Positions 53,934 to 64,000 of a stretch of DNA of 64,000 nucleotides are shown here, one piece after another (position 1 is the stretch's first letter; every line of letters starts with the position of its first letter). The notes beneath the pieces were generated by a model, which did not search any database, had not been told where the DNA came from, and was given only the letters and a program-made list of their open reading frames with translations. Both the position numbers and the translations under genes were made by a program. The stretch covers positions 9,734,001 through 9,798,000 of the forward strand of contig NC_043012.1 in NCBI RefSeq assembly GCF_006345805.1. The letters run 5' to 3'. The DNA comes from Octopus sinensis. Lineage: Eukaryota.

Positions 53934-54717
53934 TATTATGATTAATACTGAACGCTGCTGTTCAATATGCTGACATATTTTTTAGATGTTTCAATATTCC
54001 GTTTCCTTTTCAGCTTTATGCAGTGAATTTGTTTCCAATTTACTTCCATTTGTTCGAGGTTTCTCTGACCAGGATTCAATCATAGCTGTTGTGTAACTGA
54101 ATATGTCAGCATAGTGGTACTCAAATATTTATGAAACGTAATTTTAGATGCACTCGGCTGATATTTAGTAACATTTGCTACATCTATATCGTTGTCTATT
54201 TTGTTAATGTTCTTTTCTCTTGTCTTTATTATGCATAAAAAGTAAACATTAAAAATTCTAAATAGCGAAAATGTCGGTACAGAATGCTTTGTATAAATTA
54301 CAAAGACAATGCAGAAGTGGCTGCGGCAATTATGAATATCGTACAGTGAAGTTGTAACAATATACACCCGTAACATATAGACAGCAAACACGAAATCAAA
54401 TCCAGTATGGAGCAAACATTTAAGAAAAATTGTCGGCTTTAGTCAGAGTCAATCGCTGTCTTTACAGACAAGTGTATCTCATTATTTAATCGTATATTTG
54501 ATGTTTAATACGTGATCCCCAAAATATACCAGTCATACTCACCGGGACATTTTCTTTTGTTGCTTGCTTATTCCCACATATTTGTTTGCTGCATTCGTTT
54601 CGATTAATAGTTTTTTAAACAAGATATTCAGTATCCGTTAATTCCATATACTTGTATGGAATTAACTGATTGTAAATATATATATGTATATATATATAAT
54701 ATATAATATATATATAT

Positions 54718-54771
<54 letters not shown>

Positions 54772-54792
54772 TATATTATATATATATATATA

Positions 54793-54976
54793 AAGTGTAG
54801 GAAGAAATGGAGCTGAACGAAGATTTAACAAAATTCCTTTTTATCATTTTCTACATATGTTTCGAAGGCTGCAAAGTCCCTAATTCGGATTGAATTGCAG
54901 CCTTCGAAACATATGTAGAAAATAATAAGTAGGAATTTTGTTAAATCTTCGTTCAGCTCCATTTCTTCCTACACTT
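54793..54976. repeat. Palindrome (~82-bp arms) carrying a hammerhead 3' half in each arm (family E)
   Basis: Right arm TTGCAGCCTTC-GAAA-CATATG-TA-GAAA; flanked by (TA)n. Confidence 0.85.
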
Positions 54977-55125
54977 AATATATAAAACTTTAAATTTCCG
55001 CACTAAGGCACGGATTTTATGCCCCATGGTCGTAACGTCAACCGTGCTTTTTCTGTTGTGATTTTTGCTACCCAGGTATCGGTTATCATTTGAATTATCC
55101 GTAATAAGATAATTCATTTATCTAC

Positions 55126-55216
<91 letters not shown>

Positions 55217-55279
55217 GTATATATATGTATATATGTACGTGTATATATATATATATATATATACATACATATATATATG

Positions 55280-55333
<54 letters not shown>

Positions 55334-55492
55334 TATATTTGAACTTAAGTGTTTTAGATACACATTCATATGTGTCTGAGAGTTAGTATGCGTATACATA
55401 TACAGACGCACTGCACTTCTACGTCCATTTCAGAGATTAGACTACGACCATATTAAGTTACGGGAACGTAAACAAGCCAAGTCCGGTTATGT

Positions 55493-55529
<37 letters not shown>

Positions 55530-55560
55530 TCATATATTTATACATATTCACATACATATG

Positions 55561-55591
<31 letters not shown>

Positions 55592-55618
55592 TCGTATATA
55601 TATATATATATATATATA

Positions 55619-55656
<38 letters not shown>

Positions 55657-55659
55657 TGT

Positions 55660-55845
55660 TTGTACCACCACCATAGCTCGACAACCGATGTTACTGTGTT
55701 TACGTTACCGTAACTTAGCTGTTTGGCAAAACACACCGATAGAATATGTAGTTGGCTCAGAAAGAATAAATTCTGTGGTTGATTTCTTCGACTAAAGGCG
55801 GTGCACTAACATGGCCACAATCACATGACGGAAACAAGTAATACA
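55660..55845 (+). mobile_element. SINE family 2, 3' part
   Basis: GACAACCGATG...ACTAAAGGCGGTGC tail. Confidence 0.75.
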
Positions 55846-55864
55846 ATAAAAAAGACATTTTAAT

Positions 55865-55892
55865 CCCGAGAAACGCCGGGTATTTCTGCTAG
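55865..55892 (+). mobile_element. Helitron-like 3' terminus
   Basis: Hairpin CCCGAGAAACGCCGGG followed 8 nt later by CTAG; next base is G, not the usual T. Confidence 0.5.
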
Positions 55893-56112
55893 GGAGCTCT
55901 TGGTCAATTTTAGTAAGGGTGAATTATATATATATATATATATATAATTCACCCGCACTAAAATTCAGCAAGGGATCCCTGTACCCTTGCTCAATTTTAG
56001 TCAAGGGATTTCCATTTTGGTTTTAAATTGCTTCTAGTCACCTTAATTATGTTATATATACACATTTGCATAAATAAATGTGTGTATGTGTTTGCTTGTG
56101 TGTGAGAGTGAG

Positions 56113-56165
<53 letters not shown>

Positions 56166-57019
56166 AAGAGACAGAGACAAAGTGAGACAGAAACCAAATG
56201 AATTTTACGTTAACAATTCGGTATTCCATCCAATAGTTTAGAAACTGCTATAGTGAAAACACTGTATAGTAATTAGTAGTTAAACGTTAGGAAAGTTTAT
56301 ACCCTATTTGATAGTCTCCAGTTAATCACTGGAATCGTTTATAAAGAGCCTTGTGAGGAGATGGCGACTGATACTCTTTTGTAACAGATAATTTGGCAAT
56401 GATCCTAATGAAATAACCTTGCTGTAGCCAGAGGTACATTGCATCGAATATACAATTTATAATAGCAAATATCTCGGTACAGAATGCTTTGCATAAATTA
56501 CAAGACAATGCAGAACTGGTTGCAGCAATTATGAACATCATGCAGTTGAAGTAGCATCAAAATAGAACCTCAAAATCCAGAAAGAAAACTCGAAATAAAT
56601 TCCAGAAATGAGAAATAATTTAAGAAAAACCTATCAATTTTTGTCACAATCACTCAATCGTTGTGGTTACAGACAAGCGTTTTTCCTCATTTAACCGTAC
56701 AGCTGATGTTTAATAGTGGCCAATAAGTAATAAAAAAAGATACCAGTAATACTCACTGGTATAATTTTCTTTTGCTGTTTGTTTGTTTCTAAATACTTCA
56801 TTCTTGTATAGGTTCTCTTAATAGCTGTTTAAACACTGTATATAGTATTGGACTAACCACCTATACGGAATTAACGGACTGCATGCATGTATGTTTGTAA
56901 TAACAACGTATCTTTACATGCGTACACATGTGTATGTGCCTGTGTGTTAGTATGTTTATATATATATACTGACACACGTAGCCCCCCCCCCAGCCGACAC
57001 TTTGCAAATCTTTTATATC

Positions 57020-57236
57020 CGTTTCCGTTTCAGTCAGCATATTACGGTCATGCTTGGGCACGGCTTTTAAGAAATTCTAGTCGAATGATTCTCTTCAGTT
57101 CTTAATTTTTTTAAAGCCTGGTAATGTACTTGTTCTGTCAGTCTCATTTTCCGGAACCGCAGGTTTACGAGCACGAAAACCAACTACCACCAGTTGTCAA
57201 GCGGTGGCGGTCGACAACACACACACACACACACAC

Positions 57237-57283
<47 letters not shown>

Positions 57284-57470
57284 GTGCGCACAATCACACA
57301 CAGATATGTATATTCGGCGGCCTCTTTGAGTTTCCGTCTGCCACATCTATTGGCAAGGCTTTGGTTGGACTGAAGCTATAGTGGAACACTTGCCCAAGGT
57401 GTCGTGCGTTGAGACTGAACCCAGAACCATGTAGTAGGGAAGCAAGCTTCTTACCACACAGCCACAACTG
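57020..57470 (-). mobile_element. SINE family 2, diverged
   Basis: ACTTGCCCAAGG and CTTACCACACAGCCAC motifs. Confidence 0.75.
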
Positions 57471-57584
57471 CGTTCTAAATAGTTTAAGTTTCTTCCATGT
57501 TCTTCAAATTCGATTGTACTGTATTTCAAAAATGTAAATTGCAGTTTAAGTCATTGACATCTTCCTTTTCATACCGATTGAATA

Positions 57585-57618
<34 letters not shown>

Positions 57619-57623
57619 TATAC

Positions 57624-57781
57624 CATAAACAATTATAGAAATATGGAGGAGAAAAAGATGTTGAATCAAAATTAGATTTAATACAAAATAGGATTCAATA
57701 CATAGGCGCGATACTATTTTGTATTAAATCTAATTTTGATTCAACATCTTTTTCTCCTCCATATTTCTATAATTGTTTATG
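57624..57781. repeat. Palindrome (~68-bp arms, 22-nt loop) next to (TA)n
   Basis: 57624-57691 is complementary to 57714-57781. Confidence 0.85.
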
Positions 57782-58849
57782 ATATATTTATACCTATAAC
57801 GATATTTTTCAATGACTATTTTCATATTCTTATTTCTTACTCTAGCTGGGTTTTTTTATGAATATGATGAATCTTTATTAGAAATCATTCTTTCTCTCTT
57901 TTTGGACCTCTCAAAAAGTTTGAATGTTTCTCTTTTGAAATTATTTTTTTCCACACACTCACACATACACACAGACACAGACAGACACAGAAAGACAGAC
58001 AGACAGAAAAACACACACACACACACACATATATTGATCTATATACATACTCATACACACAACACATACATACATACAATACACTTACTGATATATATCT
58101 ATATGCTCTATTGTGCTTTTCAGTCCAAAGTCTATGGACACCCTGGGGCACCTTATGTCTTTACAGAAGCGTGTGTGTTTGTGTGTGTGATTTGTGTGTG
58201 TGAGTTTGTGTGTGTGTGAGCTATGGACAGAGACAGACGCAAAGAGAGACGAAAACGAAATGATGTATATGTTACCAACTTCGGTATTCCGAGCAATAGT
58301 CTAGAAACTCCAGTAGTTAAACATTAGAAAAGTTTATACACTATTTGATAACCTCCAGTTAATCATTCGAATCGTTTATAAAGAGCCTTGCGAGGTTATG
58401 GCGACTGATAGTCCTTTGTAACAGATAATTTGGCAACGGTCCTAATGAAATATCCATGTTGTGACCAGAGGTGCATTGCGTACATTAAATAGAGTTGAAA
58501 CAGCGATGATTCTGGCTGCCTTTCAATATACTGATACTTAGATTTAAGTTTCAGCGTCTATATTAATCGCATGATAACGAAGATAATATTATATTATATT
58601 TATTTATTTATTTCTGTATTTATTTACATATTCATTTTATTTACTTATTTATATGTTGTTGTTTTTTTTCTCGATGTATTCATTGTTTAGATATCATAGC
58701 CTCTGCCAAATCGACTTGAAAACGGAAAAGGAACAATCAAGATCATCAAATATCGATGGTAATGATGAGGATGGTGAAAATGATGAAAATCTTCATTATC
58801 ATGCGATTAATATAGACGCTGGACTTAAATCTAAGTATCAGTATATTGA

Positions 58850-58851
58850 AA

Positions 58852-58890
<39 letters not shown>

Positions 58891-58944
58891 GCGAAGATGA
58901 TGATGGTGATGGTGATTATAATTGTGATGATAAAGATGATGATA

Positions 58945-58984
<40 letters not shown>

Positions 58985-59061
58985 CAATGATGATGATGAT
59001 GATGGCGAAGATGATGATGATGGTGATGGTGATTATAATTGTGATGATAAAGATGATGATA

Positions 59062-59095
<34 letters not shown>

Positions 59096-59210
59096 GATGA
59101 TGATGATGACAATGATGAAGATAATGATGATGATGATAATGATGATGATGATGATGATGATTATGTTGATGATGTTGATGATGATGATGATGATGATGTT
59201 GATGATGATA
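58850..59210. repeat. (GAT)n array containing a duplicated interrupted block
   Basis: GGCGAAGAT...GGTGATGGTGATTATAATTGTGATGATAAAGAT occurs twice. Confidence 0.9.
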
Positions 59211-59301
59211 AATACAATATTTTTCCGAACAAAAAACAATAAATGAAAAATTTCTATTTTCTTTTCCATTTGTAATTGTTGCTGCTATTATTATTATTAT
59301 T

Positions 59302-59995
59302 GAGTGAGAAAGCAGTGCATGTCATCAAAGTGACACTGGGGTAAAATATATTGTTGTGTGTAAACCCCTAGATGATGAAGTAGACTAGCCCAATACGTAG
59401 ATATAGAGGGAGAAGCCTAGACGTCATAGAAGAGTAGGAGCAGAGGGAAGAGAAGAGTTGAGTAGGTCATCCGAATTTGCGACATAACATATACGAAGCC
59501 CAGTATACCCATGATGACTACCCGTCTGATTAGGGTACACCAGGCACATGCATCACAACCATGTGTGCACGACATGGTGATCTCATATCAAGATAAACAG
59601 CGCATGAACTTGCAGGTGGGGCCCCACTTGCAATTTTCTTCTGGTCGAGTAGCCCATCCCTCTCAAAAGGTCCCTGAATAAGGATTGTTTAAGGATGTTG
59701 AACGAACTATCCATGTTTCCAAAGTGAATTATCCAACCTCCAAGAATTCCTTTCAACACATAGCTATGATGCTCCCCCATTGCTTCTGCTTCTATCATAG
59801 CTGAGCATATCATCAGCCACTAATGACATGGTCAACTGGTTAACGTCAAACAACTGACAAGCAAATCTGTGGTATTGAGCAGAATATTTGCTGTAGCCCA
59901 TCTTTTATACCAAGACAAAACAACGTACATGATAACACTTCCAATCAGTTAAGATGAAGAGCCATGAGAACCACTGTCTGGTACTGCATCATGGC

Positions 59996-59998
<3 letters not shown>
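59302..59998 (-). mobile_element. ~540-bp element copy c (full length) with a nested 139-bp insertion
   Basis: (TTA)n on both flanks; colinear with 25216-25751 apart from the insert. Confidence 0.9.
59351..59489. mobile_element. Short solo-LTR-like insert
   Basis: TGTTGTG...CATAACA inverted termini; TATA duplicated at the site (empty site GTAAAATATACGAAG inferred from copy a). Confidence 0.6.
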
Positions 59999-60064
<66 letters not shown>

Positions 60065-60764
60065 CATTATTATTATTATCACTGAATAGAATGAAAAAGA
60101 AATTAAAAAATATATTTAATTGACATGTCTAGAATACACAGTCTTTGTTGGCAAGAATAGTGACAGATCTGGATGTGCTTCGGACAACCTTATGAAACCT
60201 TATCAGTGAAGTTGTAAAAGTTGGTAACATTTAGGCATATTTAGCCAGTTTAGTTTCAGAGAAACACTATCTGTATTTCTATTACTGTCTTAATATGTCA
60301 ACATTCCTTTCGTAATATAATCAGTGAGGTTTTTGCTATTATTTTCAATCTACGAATCAGTACATTGAAAATCAGTTTTTCTATTTTTGACATATTTTTG
60401 TATCTTGTCTTCAATTTCATCCTCTCCTCATTGTCAATATGTTTTAGACACGGTTTCCATATAAGATGCATAACTATCGCCTTGTGTCAAAATTCAAAAC
60501 ATTATAAGTTATATAACAATGCGTTCTTCTAACTTATTGAAATAAGTAATTTGAAAAAGAATATTTAAGAAAATGACACATACATCACTTAAATGGTGTG
60601 TTTGGTTTTGTCACATTGATAAAATCTACGATGTTGAAAATGTATTACGTCTGCTGCAGAGTAGATAGACCAACTTTCTTGAAAATTCAGGGTATCAATG
60701 GGACATGACAGTTGCAGCACACATTCTTATTATTTTTATTATTTATTATTATTATTATTATCAT

Positions 60765-61892
60765 TCAGTAGTTTTCTTTTTATAGCGTGCTTTCACTTCA
60801 CTACCGAGCGCAGCTCTATGTGCCTTAGGTATGTGCTGTGATTTGTTATGATGCTCTGATGGTTATAGTATGGAAAGTGTTCTGCGTAGGATGTGTGCGG
60901 TGCCTAGTAGTGCAATTTTCTGTATGTTATATGTGTTTGTAAGTCCTGGTGTTTTTGTTATGTATTTGTCTGAATATTTTTTTATCATGCCTAATGTTGT
61001 TTTTTGTTTACATCGTGTTTGTTGGGAATGTTACGTTTGTCTTCGTGTTTTACTGTTTCAGTGTTTATATTATTGGGCATTGTTGTGTGGCTTCTATCTA
61101 CATTTTCCTAATGTATTTTTTCTTTTAGATGTTCTATTTCTATTTCTGATATTTTTTTTGCGTTGAGAATGTATCTTCGTACGTTAGCTAGTTTATTAGG
61201 GTTCATTGCTGTATCCAAGTCTATATTTATGTTATTTTCCTTCCATATTTTATATGTATGTGTTGTTGTGTTTTCATTTTTGGGGTGGAGCACTGCTGTG
61301 AAGTAAGCGTGTAGAATAGAAATGTATTCCTCACGTGTCCATTTATGTCTTTTGGGTTTTATTTGCGGGACATGAGGAACGTCCGGCCCATTATTTTGAC
61401 GGTCGTCATTTTCGTAGGGTACCGGTCCGTTCATTTCTGTTGTCACATTGTTTTGCACGTGTAGTTTTTCGTACATTTTGTGTTGTAAGTTTACAGTACG
61501 TACTTCCCGATTGTTATTCTTGGGTGAATAATATCGGTGTTTATTTATTTCTTCGTAGTTTTTTTGTACATGGTGTTTGGGGTCGGGGATGATCTGGTGT
61601 TGATGGATCGTAATGTATCACGCATGTTTACATGTGTTGTGTGTAGAGGTGGAGATGATATCGAGTTAAAATACATCATTCGTTTCGAAAATAGTAATGA
61701 ATTTCAATGAGTATTACTTACTCGGATATAGTCCAATCCTTTGTTAGTAAATTTTTGGCTCCATACGATGTCTTTGTTTTCGATGTCTGTGGATAGATTT
61801 CGGAGCACTGTTTTATCGTCCTCACATCTTAAACGTCCCCGGTGTTCTCCTCTTAAACGTCCCCTGTTCTCCTCTTAAACGTCCCTCTTACT
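60765..61892 (-). mobile_element. Internally deleted R4/Dong-type element retaining both ends
   Basis: N-terminal RHKWTREEYISILHAYF...NKLANVRRYI joined near 60996 to LGMIKKYSDKYITKTPG...LGTAHILRRTLSIL*; (AAT)n on both sides. Confidence 0.88.
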
Positions 61893-61912
61893 TATTATTA
61901 TTATTATTATTA

Positions 61913-61966
<54 letters not shown>

Positions 61967-61978
61967 CATCATTATTTT

Positions 61979-62225
61979 GTGGAGGAGCGTGGCTTAGTTG
62001 TTAGGGTGTCAGCACCATGATCGTTATAATGTGGTTTCGATTCTTGGAACGGGCGACGCGTTATGTTCTTGAGCAAAACACTTCATTTCACGCTGCTCCA
62101 ATCGACTCAGCTGGCAAAAATGAGAAACGCTGCGATGGACTGGCGTCCCGTCCAGCTGGGGAGTACATACGTCATAGAAACCAGGAAACCGAGTCTATGA
62201 GCCTGGCTAGGCTTTAAAATAGCGC
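61979..62225 (+). mobile_element. tRNA-derived SINE family 4 with a Meta/V-domain-like core
   Basis: A-box TGGCTTAGTTG, B-box GTTTCGATTCT, core GCGATGGACTGGCGTCCCGTCCAG. Confidence 0.6.
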
Positions 62226-62240
62226 ATTTATTTTTATTTA

Positions 62241-62294
<54 letters not shown>

Positions 62295-62299
62295 GAATG

Positions 62300-62500
62300 C
62301 GACGAGCTAGCAGAATCGTTAGAACACCGGGTAAAATGCTAAGCGGCATTTCGTCCGCCTTTACGTTCTGAGTTCAAATTCCGCTCAGGTTGACTTTTCC
62401 TTTCATCTTTTCGAGGTCGATAAAGTAAGTATCAGTCAAGCAGTATGGTCGATGTGATCGACTTACACACTCCCCTGAAGGTTCAGGCCTGGTGCCAATC
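62300..62500 (+). mobile_element. SINE family 3
   Basis: GAGCTAGCAGAATCGTTAG...GAGTTCAAATTCC. Confidence 0.8.
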
Positions 62501-62769
62501 GTAGACAAGTTTATTATTATTATCATTATTGTTGTTGTTGTTGTTGTTGTTGTCATATTAATGCAGTAGGCTGACATAATCGTTAGCACCCTGGATGAGA
62601 TGATTAGCAGTATTTCTTCTTCTTCCAATCAGGCCTCACGCCATTAACCACATAGAATAATCTCTAATTCGAGCCTACGTTAAGCTACTAAGAATGCGTT
62701 TGGCAACTTGAAGATCCATCCACCACACGCGATAGACTGGTGGTTGCACGGGCGTACAGCGGATTCGAA

Positions 62770-63053
62770 ATCTAGACTAGGGTCTGAAAGTTTACCACAC
62801 CATAGTGGGTTACACCATGGTTTCTCTGTGTTGTGGCAGAAGGAGGAAGAAACAGTGAAAGTTTTGGTGAAAGAGTACAGCGGGGTTTACCCCACCCCTG
62901 CCGGAGCCCCGTGGTTCTTAGATGTTTTTGCTCAATAAACATTCACAATGCCTGGTCTGGAGAACGAAACCGCGTTCTTACGACCGCGTTCTTACGACCG
63001 CGTTCTTACGACCGCGACTCCGCTGCCCTAACCACTGGGCCTTTGCACCTCCA
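62770..63053 (-). mobile_element. Family R SINE with a third tail type and a triplicated 14-mer in the head
   Basis: CGCGTTCTTACGAC x3 at 62971-63012. Confidence 0.8.
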
Positions 63054-63074
63054 CTTTGTTGTTGTATTAAGACG

Positions 63075-63240
63075 GCGAAACGGCAGAATCGTTAGCACGC
63101 CGGGCAGAATGCTTGGCGCAGCATTTCGTCCGTCTTAACGTTCTGAGTTCAAATACCACGGAGGTCAACTTTTATCCAGTGAAACCCTGGTGTCGATTTA
63201 ATCTCCCTTCCTCAATATTTTCAGGCCTTTTGCCAATAGT
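63075..63240 (+). mobile_element. SINE family 3 fragment
   Basis: GGCAGAATCGTTAGCACGCCGGG...GAGTTCAAATAC. Confidence 0.75.
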
Positions 63241-63312
63241 GGAACGGTTTTACAATTATTGTTGTTGTTATTGATATTATTATTACCATGATAATGAGGA
63301 TGGTGGCGGTGG

Positions 63313-63354
<42 letters not shown>

Positions 63355-64000
63355 GGAGGAGGAGGAGGATAAAATTGTGCCCAAATTTGAAACCAATATT
63401 AGGTGTACTTCTGTTTTAGCATAATATTAACAAAAAAAAAAATATCCCGAAGTATATGTGAAGTTCCAGAAACCATTATATAGTCGTTGGAACATCATGG
63501 ATCAGCTCTTCCGAAGTAGCAAGCGTCTTTTGTGTTACTGTGTGTGTTTCAAGCTTTAGACATCGAAATGCAGAAATAGGTGAGATAAGATTCATTTTGA
63601 GAATGAACACTCCATTTATCATGATTATATGAAACCTTGAAACAGGCATTAAAACATTGCAGCCAAGCTCTAATATCCCTCCACTTACTTCACTGCATAT
63701 AACATCTGCATCATTGAGAAAAACTCAGCCAAAGGCGAATATAACTGTTATAGAATGCAATATTGCATATTAAACTATGTATTTGATGGCGGTAATTTGA
63801 ACTTGATTGCGGACTTCAAAACTTTTATATGAGGGAAGATCCGGGTAGATGCATATTTTAGAACTAAACTATATCGCACGATATACAATAAAGGATTCCT
63901 ATAAAATAACCATGTTTAATGGAATTTATGATCAGAATCAAAAAATGATAGGAAAAAGACCAAGAAATAAATGGATAAACATTATCTCTATGAAATTGCA

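Noticed and set aside
63689-63744. 56-nt minus-strand segment with AG and GTAAGT boundaries (LYSPLAEFFSMMQMLYAV)
   Set aside because: Isolated, short and unrecognisable; such splice-like pairs arise by chance

Overview
AT-rich (roughly 33% GC), microsatellite-saturated eukaryotic DNA. The repeat content (tRNA-derived SINE families, TA/TATC/AAT arrays) fits a coleoid cephalopod, most likely Octopus; this is inferred from repeat families, not from a database search. No complete, recognisable host gene is present, and nearly all ORFs in the supplied track are translations of microsatellites. The window contains: (1) about 35 SINE copies from four tRNA-derived families, several with clear target-site duplications (TSDs); (2) four R4/Dong-type non-LTR retrotransposon fragments (RT, CCHC, restriction-like endonuclease) plus a ~540-bp non-coding element, all sitting in (AAT)n arrays; (3) decayed Tc1/mariner elements, a piggyBac-type MITE, a short solo-LTR-like insert and a Helitron-like 3' end; (4) at least five well-supported and several degenerate families of type-I hammerhead ribozyme motifs in Penelope-like terminal repeats beside (TA)n, plus six long fold-back palindromes. 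In two palindromes the inversion apex lies inside hammerhead helix II. Two hammerhead variants recur (U4C core; U-U at 10.1-11.1). A few weak orphan-exon candidates and locally duplicated segments are also noted. All coordinates were read by eye and may be off by a few bases.
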